A stretch of DNA of 62,342 bases, the filler included, from Nemertoderma westbladi (taxonomy: Eukaryota; Animalia; Xenacoelomorpha), in NCBI GenBank assembly GCA_032718475.1. It is 3 parts of 3 records of this genome, joined end to end, with 100 filler letters (N's around TTAATTAATTAA, not from the genome) between each part and the next. Parts side by side here need not be neighbours in the genome. Positions count along the whole stretch, not along the records: positions 1 to 31,246 come from JAUCBJ010007373.1; positions 31,347 to 58,700 come from JAUCBJ010004548.1; 1 more part is not named here. The stretch is one strand, 5' to 3'. The notes under the pieces were generated by a model that searched no databases, had not been told where the DNA came from, and saw nothing but the letters and a program-made list of their open reading frames with translations. A program made the position numbers and the translations under genes. Below, piece after piece: positions 27,621 through 41,174 of the stretch (the first letter of the stretch is position 1; each line of letters starts with the position of its first letter).

Positions 27621-27904
27621 TTCCACCTTGGTGTAGTGGTTGCATTGAATTCACATCTCTTGTAGGTCGTGGGTTCGATCCTCACATGGACCAGGGCAGT
27701 TTTCGTTTCGGCACGAATGCTTTAAAGGGACCAGCCAGGGCGCATCTCTGCTTTGCATCCTTAAGTGGTAGCTAAATGAGTACTAGAGTTTCCTCTGGGG
27801 AGTAAAGTTCTGGGGGGACCGCACTGGAAATAAGTCGTCAGACTTTGTGCGTAATCCCTGGCCTAGTGGCCGAAGAAAATTTACTTTTACTTTACTTTAC
27901 TTTT
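27621..27904 (+). mobile_element. tRNA-derived SINE with MetaSINE-like core and (TTTAC)n tail
   Basis: A box tggtgtagtgg (27629), B box ggttcgatcc (27672), core ctctgctttgcatccttaagtggtagctaaatgagtac, tail tttacttttactttactttac. Confidence 0.75.
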
Positions 27905-28961
27905 ATAGGCCTACTTACTTACTTACCTTTCATCACCATATGAAATTAAATCTCAGTAATTAAATATTTATGTATTACTAACAATTACAGATGGGGAAGT
28001 AAGAAGTGGATCCAATGTAAAAATGTAATTTTGAAATAAATTTGAGGAAAAAAAACATTTTGCATAGGCCTACAACTGTACTGTAAGTACAGGCCTGTCT
28101 TTAGCTCTACACCAGCAGCGTACAGTTGCTAAAGCGTTCGTGTAAAAATACCGCCGCTGTGAAGTATACCAGACTTTCTGCGGGGGGGGGGGGGGGGGGG
28201 GGGATTTACGCAAAATTGTTAAATATGCAATTTTATTGTGAGGTGAGAATTAAATAGTTCTATACAATTAAATAAATATGGTAAATACCTAACACAATAG
28301 GCCTACCCATGGAATACTAAATATACTAAGTATATTTAGTATTCCATGGCCTACCGTTATCCTAATACAATCTATTTTCCAGTGTCTTTTTCATGTATAG
28401 GCATACGAAAAGTCAAAGAATCACCATTAACAACCCCCCCCCCCCCCCCCCCCCCCCCACGCCACGCCACGCCATGTTGGTCATGTGAGGGGAGAGTACT
28501 TAACTGTAGGCCTACACCACATTTTGCACGTAAAATCAAATTTCTTAGGCTTGCCTATATCTGTATATCAGATCACATTGTTGCCCGTATTATTTTTTAA
28601 TTAATTTCATTTAAATAATTCTTTTTCGACCGCCGAAAAATTGTATTTATAATAATTTGAAATTACTTTTAAAGAAAGAACATTAAAGGAAAATGAAAAT
28701 GACAAAGCTGGAAAATATATCGCGAGCACTACTGACTTGAAAGGTATTAAACAGAGTGGGGTGGGAATGGTACAGAACCACCCAGCCCACAATTGGTCAG
28801 GAGTCCAAGGTTACCATAGAGACACATCTCCCAACCTCTTTATGCAACCAGATCCAAGAATAAAGGTGAACGACCGATAGAATACCTCACTGCGTATAAC
28901 CCAGCTCATCTCTTGTATGCACACAGGAATACACCAACTTCCCTATTGGTTATTCCAGTTT

Positions 28962-29038
28962 CCATCCCTCCGAAATATTTCGCAACAGCGGCGAAGCTGT
29001 AAGTTCAAGAGAGGTTGTTGCTTCATCAGGCGAGATGG
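28962..29038 (-). ncRNA. Candidate type I (minimal, Penelope-like) hammerhead ribozyme
   Basis: Minus strand reads ccatctcgc-CTGATGA-a-gcaaca..loop..tgttgc-GAAA-tatt-TC-ggagggatgg. Stem II has 6 bp, stem I is imperfect (ccatctc/gggatgg), and the stem III region is palindromic. Confidence 0.55.
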
Positions 29039-29244
29039 CTCTTCCAGCTTTATTTGTAGCTGGAATAGAGTAGGAGTGAATATCATGAAAATTCAGGTTG
29101 ACAAGGTCGCAGGTTGACACCGTGATATAAGGTACCGCACCATAATGAGGATGATAATTGGATGCAGTAGGCCTACCGGTACCGGTAATGTCCTACTCCG
29201 ATTAACATATTTTATTCATATTGCAATAAGAGATGACAAGGTAA

Positions 29245-29345
29245 TTTATAAATATTTACATTTTATGTAAAGTGTGGCACTTTTCAGTGTTATGACCCGA
29301 GTGTATTTATGTACCGAGCGAGCGCAGCGAGTGTATAAATTAGCA
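29245..29345. repeat. Dispersed repeat (transposon-end-like); inverted copy at about 34612-34712
   Basis: gcacttttcagtgttat...tatttatgtaccgagcgagcgcagcgag versus ctcgctgtgctcgctcggagacataaata...ataacgctgaaagtgc. Confidence 0.6.
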
Positions 29346-30009
29346 GAGGTCTTTAAACACTGAATATGAATAATGCACTCTTCGTACTGGACAATGTTGT
29401 AGGAATAATAATTATTAATCTTGTTACATAATATCAACTTATCGCCTATGAATATTTAATAATAATGTATCTGAATATTGATTTATTAATAATTATTATT
29501 ATTATTAATATTATTAATATCAATTTTTATGCAACTAATTGTTGTTACTCAACCACTGTACATTTTATTACTTTTACTGTATACACAGTATGTACTGTAG
29601 CTCCATGCTCCATCTTTAGTTAGGCCACAACGCTGTAAAGAAGTACTTTTGTGGCGTTACGATGATATCACGGGATCACCATTAACTGCCCTCCTAAGTC
29701 AAAACTGTGTAACTAACAATTTGGAGAAAATGATATTTTGGTATCATCTGAAAGCTGAAGACGAGCTCTATCAATTCTGCAATTGGAAGTGGTTAATAAT
29801 CTCAATATAGAGCAATATCGTATAAAATATCAATAAATGTAACTAACAATATATGTAAGAGTTTGTAAAAAGCCAAGTCAAACATGTAACCCACAATATG
29901 TTCTAATTGAAAAGCATGTACTGTACAGTGTACAGTCAAGCGCTGACCGGTAGGCAAAGAAGTGCTGCCTAACCGTCAGGAAATAATTGTAATTGTAACC
30001 AGCATTATA

Positions 30010-30362
30010 TCAATCTTCCCCTTTATGACGAATTTAATTGTAGTGTCAAAAGACGCGCAAGACGCTCCGTTTTCAATTGATATAAGCCACGTCTGAAATG
30101 ATTGAGATTTAATGTGTATTTGAATCGATCGAATAATATCTCTCCATAGAAACAAAGATAAAAAATTATCAGAGCACTGCGTAATGACGTCAAATATGTA
30201 GAAGCCAATCACAGCCTATTTTAAAAATTGGCTTCCCGCGCTTACTTAAACTCGCCATTTCGACCTTTTCCACGTGTTTTTACAAAAAACACACCCCGCC
30301 ACCTTCTTACCCATTATTCAATTGTTTCTATCCCAACAATTTTTTCGCGCACCAACCCTATT
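30010..30362. mobile_element. Dispersed DNA-transposon arm, same family as 38297-39348
   Basis: gtgtcaaaagacgcgcaagac..gccaatcacagcc..ttggcttcccgc..tttttcgcgcaccaaccctatt; about 350 bp of similarity to 38980-39348. Confidence 0.75.
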
Positions 30363-31246
30363 CTGAAGATCAGTAACTTGCAGAGCAACCAATCTGATGC
30401 ACAGAAAATCACATACTGTAGCAACCAATTCTGAATTTTGTATTCACTAATGGGGACCAGAAAAACATATCCGCAAAGGGAATGGTAGATTATATTGGTA
30501 TAGGTATTTCCCCGATATTGGTATTTTCAGTGTATTAAAAGCGATTTTAAATTATACCGAAAGTGAGCAAAATTTAATGATTTAGTTAACTTCCGGCGGT
30601 TAATTTTAAGGAAGCCGAACTGAGACGCTTTTAATTAGGAAGGCCAGAGGCTGTTTGCCCAAGCAGGGTTTATTCTTTGTAATACTTTATAATGCGTTAC
30701 CGCGTTAATCAGACGCTCGACTATTACAAATGTTTAGTTATTACAATGTATGTAAGGCCGACAAATTTGTTGAATAAATAAATTGGTAAAGGAGGGGATT
30801 ATCAAGCTGATACACCATTTAATATTACTTAACTAGTCTATAAGTAGATATATAAATATTTACAAGAGAAACATTCATCACTTTACCACTAGAAACTATA
30901 TTACGGCAATCCCATAAGGCCGTACAGACAGAATTGGCAGTCTATACACGGATACGGTATATTCAAGGTGTACTAAATTATTAGTACCGGTACACCTTGG
31001 GTATATTCCGTATATTACACTAAACAAAGAATAAAAAGAAGAAGAGGGCACAAAGTAAACTCAATAATGCAATAATATTGTACATCGAAAAACACTAGGC
31101 CTAGTGCTGAAAAACAAAGGATTAAAGTTCAACTTTGCACTGACAAAACACACTATAAAACACGATCACAAATGAAAATCTCTCCAGCTCTCAGTACGGC
31201 TGTAGGATAGATATTATTAAGATAGATTATAACTATTTACTAAATT

Positions 31247-31346
31247 NNNNNNNNNNNNNNNNNNNNNNNNNNNNNNNNNNNNNNNNNNNNTTAATTAATT
31301 AANNNNNNNNNNNNNNNNNNNNNNNNNNNNNNNNNNNNNNNNNNNN
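31247..31346. other. Artificial contig linker
   Basis: N run + TTAATTAATTAA (stops in all six frames) + N run, 100 nt in total. Confidence 0.97.
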
Positions 31347-32648
31347 TACCCCCACGAGTTTGAGTACCCCGTATCGAACATAGACCTCGAAAAACAAGTA
31401 GGTCACGAGTTGGGGGGAGCCGATGATGATGATGTCATTGGGCGTCTCGATGATGTGAATCGTGTTGACATGGAGGCACAGACAGTTGCCGAGGTAACGA
31501 CGACTCCCGCCGAGGTCACTGAAACTCGAGTCGGTCGGTTCCACGTGGTAACGAGACCGGAACCTGAACCTCCGACCCCGACCACTGTCGAATCATCGGT
31601 CGTTGTTGGGGGTCGGTTCCACGTCACCAAGGTCCCCGAACAACCTAAGGAGTTCGTTCCCATTGCGAGACCGGTGGATGAGCTCGTTGATGACGTCACG
31701 GATATAGAGCATGTTGCCCAGGAGCTGTCGCTAACCGATGATATGACGTCAGTTGAGCTGATGAGTTCGGTTCATGCGTCTCCATTGCGCCGACGTCAGT
31801 GTTCCGGTGGACCTAGGAGTCCGGACTCCCACCGCTCCATACAGTGTAACTCCCCCTACTCGATCCACTACTGCTCCTTAGATTCGGATGAATTGACGCT
31901 CTCGTTGGAACGCAATGAGATTATTCTCGAGATCATCCGTCGGCACAAAGTGGAAGAACTGGAACTGCAGGCCCGGCATAAACGGGAGTTGGAACTGGAG
32001 TTCCGTCGGCGGAAACACCCGAAACATCCAGAGCAGCGGTGCATCAGTCCCATCGCCCATGCAGTCAACTATTCGCCGCCTTATGTGGTCACCGATGAGG
32101 AGAACTATGCGATGGCTCCTCGCCATCCAATGCCGCAATTCGTCCCAAGTGGCGTCTCGCATCGTATCTACCAGCCCGGGTCCAGTTTACCGGCCTTCGA
32201 CCCAGGTATGCCTTCTCGTCCCACCGAACTTGGCACCCCAACCCGACCCATTATCCCCCCTTTCTCTGATCCCCCTCACTTGTCGCGGGTTGCCTCCGCT
32301 CCTATCCTCTCACCCTATCCCCCCGTTGACTACTCCATGCTACCCCAAATTTACTACCCAAATCCACTGGAGGGGGCCTCTTCCCCCCACAGCCCCTGGG
32401 GCCACAACTCCCCAGCGGCCCAGCTCGGTATCATCCCGCCCCCCGCTGGTTTCTATGTTTACCAGTCGGAGCCGCTTGCCTCGCCGGCACGGTACCACTC
32501 CTCTACCATTCCAATCGCCGACAATACAGTCCATCCGACCGATCAGACAATCCCCCCGACAGCCGACGTGCAGACAGTGCATCTTACCTCGCAGACTGGC
32601 CCAACAAGAGCTGGGGAACCGTATGGGACCGATAATAAACCAGGGTAG
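31347..32648 (+). CDS. WNK: C-terminal exon of a WNK-family kinase (5' part outside the contig)
   Basis: The frame is open from the contig start to TAG at 32648. It has two RFxV motifs (GRFHVV, GRFHVT), an acidic SLDSDE followed by the coiled coil IIRRHKVEELELQARHKRELE resembling the WNK C-terminal coiled coil, and a Pro-rich tail. The kinase domain is not visible. Confidence 0.7.
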   Translation, partial: YPHEFEYPVSNIDLEKQVGHELGGADDDDVIGRLDDVNRVDMEAQTVAEVTTTPAEVTETRVGRFHVVTRPEPEPPTPTTVESSVVVGGRFHVTKVPEQPKEFVPIARPVDELVDDVTDIEHVAQELSLTDDMTSVELMSSVHASPLRRRQCSGGPRSPDSHRSIQCNSPYSIHYCSLDSDELTLSLERNEIILEIIRRHKVEELELQARHKRELELEFRRRKHPKHPEQRCISPIAHAVNYSPPYVVTDEENYAMAPRHPMPQFVPSGVSHRIYQPGSSLPAFDPGMPSRPTELGTPTRPIIPPFSDPPHLSRVASAPILSPYPPVDYSMLPQIYYPNPLEGASSPHSPWGHNSPAAQLGIIPPPAGFYVYQSEPLASPARYHSSTIPIADNTVHPTDQTIPPTADVQTVHLTSQTGPTRAGEPYGTDNKPG

Positions 32649-35600
32649 CGGAACTATTCACTATGGGGTAAAATATTTGCTTCCAAACGGGCCAACCAGT
32701 GCATGATATTCTTTATATTAATTCACTATTATATTTTTATTTTCTATTGGTGTGGTGAGGACTTCTACTTCTTGTACTGTTAGATATTGTCCCAGACTTG
32801 CCCATTCCATCGTCGGTAACTCGTTCTTCCCATTAATGGATTTTACCTTCAAATATATCACGGGTGTTTGTTTGTTGCACTGTGGACTGTCTTCCTTACC
32901 CGTGATTATATTATTTCATTCATGATTTTAGTCCACCATGTCCTGGAATACGTCTTAATTCAGTAATTGACCCAACTCCCGAAACATTTAGCTTTATCAT
33001 TCAACTTAGCCTGAAATTTTAAACAGAGATAGTTTCACCCGTAATGGGTGAGTCGGAATTTTCTATGTTCGCTTTCATTCTTCAGTCACATGCGTTTGAA
33101 AAAAGGTCCACCGGCTAAATTTCACCAGTTACACCGCAGTTGTCCTTCAATCTTATAAATAGTGATTTGTTACCGCGGAATAAAGGGACAAGTGTCAGCA
33201 ATAGCTGAGACATGGGCGTTCGAAATGGAGAGCCTTCCTCCCTCTCACAAAATTTAAATGTGCTACTTTTCACATAAAGATTTAAATAGTTATTATTCTA
33301 TTGAAATAAATATACCATATTCCGTTACATATTCTTATATTTTTTATGTATGAATGAATAGCTACCTACATAAACAGTGATATTATTATTATCATGCATT
33401 GTACTTATTGCCCATGGCGTATTTATTAAATAGAACAAAATAGCCTCGCACAGGTGCAAAACCAAGCAACTTTCGAACGATCATATCTCAGCTATTTTTC
33501 TACGAAATTCAGATTATCTGGAATCCTTGCATGGTCGTCAGCTTTCCATCACCAACAAAAATCATAGTTGAATAATAGCTGCAGTTTAACTTGTGAAATT
33601 TAGCCGGAGACCATTTTTTCAAACGCTTGTAGCTAAATATTGGTAAGTGAAAATAAAAATTACTGAGGATGAGGGAGGTGAAACTATCTGTGTTTAAAAT
33701 TTCATGAAATCTCATTAGATTTGTAGAAATATATATATTTTTTTTTTTTGAGGGGGGGGGGGGATCCAATGGATTAATCCAATGTCACTGAATTAAGACA
33801 CTATATTCCGGGACAAGGTGCATATTGATGCAATTTTTCTTTGAATATTCGTTACGTGTGTTACCTAAGTGAGTTCCATAAGTGTGACAGCGTAATTTTA
33901 ATGGGTGAAATGTTGCTTGTTATTAATTTCAATTTTTTGTTTTACATTGAGGCCCAAATGCTGTGTTATATTTGGCTGCATAAATTTACTTTTTCGGACT
34001 CCGAAAGTTTATACTTAAGGTATTTTTCAAGGTAACAATGCGCCTTATTATTTTACTTTTCATCTCTTTTTACTTCTTCTTTAGCTTTAATAATTTTATA
34101 TGAGGCTGTACCAAGTTTTACCTACGTATCATTTCTGCTATGAAATCGGTAACAAGATTGTAATTTTGAATTGAGTTTAAATTTTTAAAATATTATTTAT
34201 TCTATTCGGGTAGGCATACTTTACCACCGATTACATCATAACTCGACATACAATTTTGTTACTTTTTGTCAACTTATCAGCGTTCTGGTGATGTCCTCGT
34301 AACTCAGCAAAGTGCCTATTTGCAGCTCCGTCCTCAGCTAAAGTAATCACTAACTTATTAACAATAAACTTCTAGAACACGCCCTGACTATTCTCACTTT
34401 ATGATAGCCATTGTAGGCTAAGTGTAAAGGTTATTTACTGCACAGTTGTTTGATTAAACTGCAATTAATTGGAGAATTATTAATATTCCTAAAAATTGCA
34501 ATATTGAAGATAATAATTACGTATTCAGAACGCCGTTAAGTTGACATGTAACATAATTTCGTACACATTGTATGAAAAGGACCCTATTTAGGGTTAATGA
34601 TACTTGTATATTTATATAAACCTTCCTCGCTGTGCTCGCTCGGAGACATAAATAGCCTCAGATAATAACGCTGAAAGTGCACCTTTTCACACATGATGTA
34701 AATAGTTATAACTTCACATTCAGATTAGAACCATATTTTTCCACAATTTAAATTAAATAATTTTTAAATTGAAATAAAACATAAATATGTAAGAAACAAT
34801 TAATAATTGTCAGTGAAATATTTATCAATTATTCATTAGGACTAATATTAAGACAGTACAACGTGGTGTTTCACATATTTAATGGATGGTTACATAATTT
34901 TTCCCATCGATATTGTGTGTCTATCTTTCTAAACAATAAAAGCACACCATTTATTCCGCTCAACAACTGTGGCTTAAATATGGGTGATAGTTGGTAAGGT
35001 TAATGGTTTTAATATTTTTATAGAAGATATCTGGCATGTGGCCATAATATCTGTATTTTTATTTTTCTTACCTCATAAACGCTTCGTAACTTAAATATTG
35101 TCTGTATTTGTACCACCAAACCTTACGTTCGTGGATACATTATTACAAATAATAAATTAGTGTGACCGTTTGGAATCTCTTCAGTTTGGTTTTTATTTTC
35201 CGCACATTGAATTACTGGTTTTAATTCGTTTAGGCCAAGTTTTTAAAAACTATTGTGCTAAGCGACACGCTTTACATCTTTCAAATAAATTACATCACAC
35301 GGTTTTAGTATTTTAAGATTTTAAGCATGGCCTACCATATGTGATAGTATTTTTAATTAACTGATTATTATTGCTGCTAATGTTTTTGCACCATTTGGAA
35401 TTTATATTTAATTAAATATGCCCGATTTTACCATAATCTGTTAAAACGTAACATTATATTGTTTATAGATATATTTATTTTTTTATTATTATATTACGCG
35501 ATAGACATTGGTTGCTAAGTACCTATATAATATAGTAAAGTTATGGCGTATTGCCAGTACTGTGGAGTCAGTGTAAGGGTGTATCGGAAATGTAAACCAG

Positions 35601-36479
35601 TTAGGCACCGAGGGGCCTACAACGGTGCTCCGACTTGCTTATTTGTTTAGTAAACCAGATAGGCACCGAGGGACCAACGCTCCAAACGAAACTTATTAAT
35701 TAACTACAAATTTTACTTTTGTAATATGTCCATCCATTGTTCAATCATAACTCATGAATTTAAATAGTTTTCATAAAAATTATTAATATTTTATTTATAA
35801 ATTCGAGATCCGGATCGGAATTTCATCCGGTAGACTACATCCCTACACTAAACTCCCAAAGTAGTCTGTCTATATTGCTTACCGCATTAGGTTGAGAAGC
35901 AAGAGGTTAACAAAATCATTATTTTATTAAATTGTTTTGGTTGTTGGTTTGCGCTCTTATATAGTCTTGTAGACCAGTAAATCGAATGGAATTGATAGAC
36001 TCCAGGAAGTAATAAAACACATTTTGAATGAAACCAAAGTAACATTATCAGAAGTCTCAGAAAATCCAATTGAGGTGTGTTATTATATTTGACATTTTTC
36101 ATGAGCAACTCATACTTTTCAAGGCAACATTAAGAGCGTCAATTTGCAATATTTATTTCCTGCAGATTTACTGGACATGTAATAATCAGTGTATGTTTAT
36201 AGATATGTAATTTAATTTACAGTGTAATAATAATAATTTATTAGTGAATATTTTGTATTGTTATAAAGTTTAGGTTATTTTAATGTAAATTGGTTCATTT
36301 GCCTTTATTCAACTTGTATTTGATTGATCGTATCATGAAATAATTATTAAAGCATTTGTTTGAATCCATATACCCTCATATTTTAAACTTGACCACCATC
36401 ATGGCATGGAATGTCTTAATCCAGCTCAAACAGATTTTATAATTCCCGATCAACCAGGTTAATATCCTAATTATAGAAC

Positions 36480-37380
36480 GAACTTAGAACAAACTGCTGA
36501 AAAAACTAGTACTCGAAAAAATTTGAAGATAACTCAGGGAACATGAGAAAATTGATGGATGATTATAAATAGTACACTAAATAAATCCAACAAACACTCC
36601 ATACCAAAACAGATTACAATTCGCAGTGACGATTATATTAAGACCATTACCGACCTAGCTGAAATACTGTAGCCTCAAAATGTAACAACCACTTTTCTAC
36701 TATAGGACCCCAACCTAATGAAATTCCACCCCCTCTACCCGCTCCCCAATACGTTTTGTACATCACTCCAATCTGAAGTCTTCCGTAATTACAGAAACAA
36801 CACCGGTAGAAGTAGAGTACCGTCTCCTCCAACTCATCATAATTCTGCTACGAATTTTACTTACCTTCCTCTAACAAATTGCTTACGGTTGCCGCTCAAT
36901 TCACCTAAGCTACTTTATTAACTTTTTTCCATTCCCGGATTCCCTAAAAATTGCTAGAGTGACTCCCATCCATAAAGGAGGTGATCCTTCAAGGAGATAT
37001 AACTACCGTATTATCTCCTTATTACCGGTTATCTCTAAAATTTTCGAATCATTTATAAATTCACAACTTATTTCCTACTTGTTTAAGTTTATCATTATTT
37101 CTTAATCTCGATTCGGTTTCAGACCAAAAAGAACCACAACCCACGCACTTTTATATTTTTTAGAAAAAATGAATAACGCCCTTGAATTCAAAAAATCATC
37201 CTGCACAGCATACATCGACCTAACAAGAGCTTTTGAGACATGAAATTGATCTTATTAAAGGAACTCAAAGCCTAAAGGATAATAGGAGTGCACTTAAACT
37301 TTTAGATAGCTTTCTTACTTCCAGATATCAGTTTGTACAATTAGGTCAAATTATATCCTCACTACAACCCCTAAAACTTT
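36480..37380 (+). pseudogene. Decayed LINE RT fragment (CR1/L2-group-like)
   Basis: LKIARVTPIHKGGD..NYRIISLLPVISKIFE, FGFRPKRTTTHAL, AYIDLTRAF; stops and frameshifts. Confidence 0.8.
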
Positions 37381-37754
37381 ATTTTTACTCTGGGAGCGAA
37401 GACACGCACAAGTTGCACAGAGAACTGCAAAGGTGAGACGGTCACGCCCACGCACCCGCCCCATCACCATGGAGTTGGTTTATCCCACTTCGCCGCCAGG
37501 CAATCTCCTAGGTGCTTTACAGTAGCGCTGTAGTACTCAGGAGTGAAATCAGCTTTTATGTTTATGGCGTAGAACTACCTCATTGGAATGTGCATTTACG
37601 GTTGGATATGCATTTATATGCATTTACATATGGATAAACAATAACAAAATACTTTAATCTTAATAGCTCAATAAGTATAGTTAGGGCTATAATACATAAA
37701 ATAACATTTATTATTATTTTAATAAATTATAACATTTATTACATTCATTATTTT

Positions 37755-38150
37755 TATACGGGGGTGAGACCTGGACACTGACTAAATCACTTGAACAACG
37801 AATTGATGGTTGCTATACAAGACTACTAAGGGCAGCCCTAAACATCAGCTGGAGACAACACATGACAAACGCCGAGCTTTATGGTACAATACCACCTGTA
37901 TCAACCACCCTCCGTGAACGCAGATTCAGTGGGCACTGCTGGCGAAGTAAAGACGAGGTCATACCAGATCTACTTCTCTGGTAACCAACTCATGGAAAGC
38001 GTAGTCGTGGACGACCTGCCATAACATATATAGATCAACTTGAAAGGGATACTGAACTTGGGAGAAACGAAATTGCGACAACTATGGAGAATCGGGAAGC
38101 CTGGAAGGATCTCATTTCCACTGTCCGAGTTCGCTCGACCTAGTAGTAGT
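37755..38150 (+). mobile_element. 3' end of an RTE-like LINE with (TAG)n tail
   Basis: GETWTLTKSLEQRIDGCYTRLLRAALNISW..GHCWR..HGKRSRGRPAITYIDQL; tagtagtagt at 38141-38150. Same clade-level features as 9160-10920. Confidence 0.85.
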
Positions 38151-38296
38151 AACATTTGGTGTAGAAAATAATCTGTTTTTTTTACTGTTAATGGGCAAAA
38201 ATGTTCTTTACTCACGGCCGGCGCTGTAGGCCTGCCTATAATAGGTATGATATGATATGATAGGTATGATTTAGAATATGATTATGATAGTATGTA

Positions 38297-39348
38297 CCCT
38301 GAATCGAGTGGCGGGGTGTTTTTTTTGTAAAAACACGAGAAAACGGTCGAAATGGCAGGTTTAAGTGAGCGCGGGAAGCCAATGTTGAAAATCGGCTGTG
38401 ATTGGGTGCTACAGATTTGACGTAACTACAAAAGTTTTCTGATTCTATGGAGAGAGATTTTCGATCGATTCAAATACACATTATAATCTCAAACATTACA
38501 CACGTCGCTTATATCAATTGAAAGTGGAGAGTCTTGCGCGTCTTTTGACACTACTATTAATTAAATTCATGATGATGAACATTGATAAAATGCTGTTCTC
38601 AATTTTAAATTCGACAGATTGCCTGACCGGTATGCAATGCAAGCACTCAGCCTATTGCGTAGTATCAGCGGTACACATTTTTATATTCCTGGAGCTGAGT
38701 AGTCCACTAACAATTTATTATTTTAGAACCGGCTGACTGGTATTACAAGTTTAGTGTTATTATAAATCTAATCTGTAGGCCTTACCGCTAGCGGGATAAA
38801 CAAAAAGCCCACAGCGGTAATTTACCGGCCAATTATGGCAGCATCGTAGGGCTAACATTACTTGTCGACTGGACCGGAATATATCAGCACTGAATCCCGG
38901 TCATACAGTACATATGTATCAGGCTGTTGGAAAGCAGGTACCTGCGATCCACCAAGTTTGCAAAATTGCAAACAGCATATTAGCAATATTCTCATCTTGC
39001 ATTTAAATAATTGTGGTGTCAAAAGACGCGCAAGATTCTCCGCTTTCAATTAATATAAGCCACGTGTGAAATTATTGAGATTTAATGTGTATTTGTATGG
39101 ATCTAAAATCACCCCCCTTAGAAACCAAGGTATGAAATTATAAGAGCACCGCGTAATGATGTCAAATATGTAGCAGCCAATCACAGCCGATTTTCAAAAT
39201 TGGCTTCCCGCTCTTACTTAAACCCGCCATTTCAACAGTTTCCACTTGTTTTTACAAAAAAACTCACCCCGCCACTCGATTCAGGGCACCTTGTTACCAT
39301 TTATTCATTTGTTTCTAGTCCAACAATTTTTTCGCGCACCAACTCTAT
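38297..39348. mobile_element. DNA element with inverted arms of about 300 bp
   Basis: ccctgaatcgagtggcggggtg (38297) versus caccccgccactcgattcaggg (ending 39286). The right arm continues to tttttcgcgcaccaactctatt; this end motif recurs at about 39675-39694 and 30340-30362. Confidence 0.75.
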
Positions 39349-40902
39349 TACGAGACTATATTCCTGGTTATGCTGTATTAATATGATATTGAATGATTGT
39401 CGCATTACTTATAAAATGATATGATTTTACCGAAAAGGGGGAGGTCGAGTAAGAAGACAGGGTGGAAAGGGATAGGATTAGTATTATCCATTCTGTTTTA
39501 TCTATTCTTTCGATTTCTTTTCATTCCACCGGCAGGAGACGGCAAGATGAAGGGTGGCATTTTGCTGCCAGGGGAGCATGAGGAAGTCAAGAAGGCGGCC
39601 GAAAGACCCGATTTTAGGGTGGCGGTTATCCGTATTATTACACCCCTTATTCGCTTGTTTCTAGCCAAACATTTTTTTCGCGCACCAACCCTATTATGTC
39701 AAAAAGCCGGCACAGCATTCTTAATTTATATGATCTATCGTGACACTAGAGCCAGAACAACAAATCCACAATAAAAAAAAAACATTATTACACCAAAATA
39801 ACGCAAGATGGCGTTATGAATCATGTATTAAAATCGTAGTGCCTTATAATGGTTCATTTGGAAGATAATAGGAGAACTAGGGCAACCCACACAATATTAA
39901 TATTATTAAATATTTGAGGTAAAACAACCCACATAACATAAACCCAAGCCATGGAAATGGCTTGTTCCATTGTTCTATCTCTCTGAAAAAATCCCGGATG
40001 CAAAACAACCCACACAGCTAAGGCGTAATATTAAATTTCACGTCTTATTGTTCTCCCTGTCTGAAAAATAACAAAAAAATCATATATTTTCTTTTAAATA
40101 TTATATTCTCATAGGCAGCCCCTATTTGAGAATTTCTCATTGTATCTTCCCAGACATCTGTCCAAAAAATTAGGTGACGGGATGGGATCCATATAGAGGG
40201 AAATGCTAAGATACTTTTTTTTAAGTTTTTCTCGAAACAATACCTTTTGGTAAGTGTTGTTCTGGCACTATGGTCACGATATATAATGCAGCCTGCAATG
40301 CAGCATGTCGATAGACTGTGCTGTTCAACTACAGTACCGGTAGTTAAAATTTCAACTAGTTTTAACCAATTATTTTCTATGTTATAAAACCCCATAAAAA
40401 AAGTTGTAATTTTTAACAGTTTTAATAAATATTATAATTACAAGCAGATAAACAAAAATAACCAGAAAGAATACACCTGCAGCAAAATCAAAACATCATA
40501 TTGAACACATATAGTAGCTACATTACAATATGGCACTAAGGGGCAGCTAATACTGAGAACAGGAAGTCCGGCTGGGTTATTAGTTAAGGTATTACTATCA
40601 GAGATTGTGGCTGCTTCATGGTCAACCACAAACCCGATAGTACGAAAAAGTAAATATCTCGTTAACTGGGGCTAGCCTCAGCACTAGCTATCCTTATAGA
40701 GAAAATAATTTAATTGCACTAACAACAAAATTAATAAATATCTTTAATAACATATAAAATATACTTAATAATGGATTTAGCGATAATAATAGAGCGTCAT
40801 TGGTTAGGTTCGACAATTATTTACATTGTATGGAATGAACGATAAACGGATGCTAAACAAAAAATGCACCAATAAATAAATTATATTAAACCAATGACCC
40901 TA

Positions 40903-41174
40903 AAGGTCATTCGAACATGACGTTGTGCCGGATACGTGATTATCAATATCCCCGGTAGCCTTGTCAACAACCAATCAAATAGCTCTCATTTATCCATAAG
41001 TACAGTAGGTGCGAATTAACTGGCTGTTACGCAGATAACAAAATCGTACGTAGGGCAGGGCTGGTTGTTGTGCAGTTATGGAGCGTAATGTCACAACAAA
41101 TGACACACCACACCCCCCCCCCCCCCCCGCCCCCTGTCACCATCCATAGAGTTAAGTAATGTTCGAATGACCCC
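40903..41174. mobile_element. PIF/Harbinger-like MITE
   Basis: ggtcattcgaacat ... atgttcgaatgacccc terminal inverted repeat with a subterminal poly-C tract. Confidence 0.6.

Noticed and set aside
27621-27695. Functional tRNA gene
   Set aside because: No full cloverleaf; it continues into a SINE body and tail.
31915-32706. 263-aa alternative-frame ORF
   Set aside because: It overlaps the WNK-like exon in GC-rich sequence and has no recognisable motifs.
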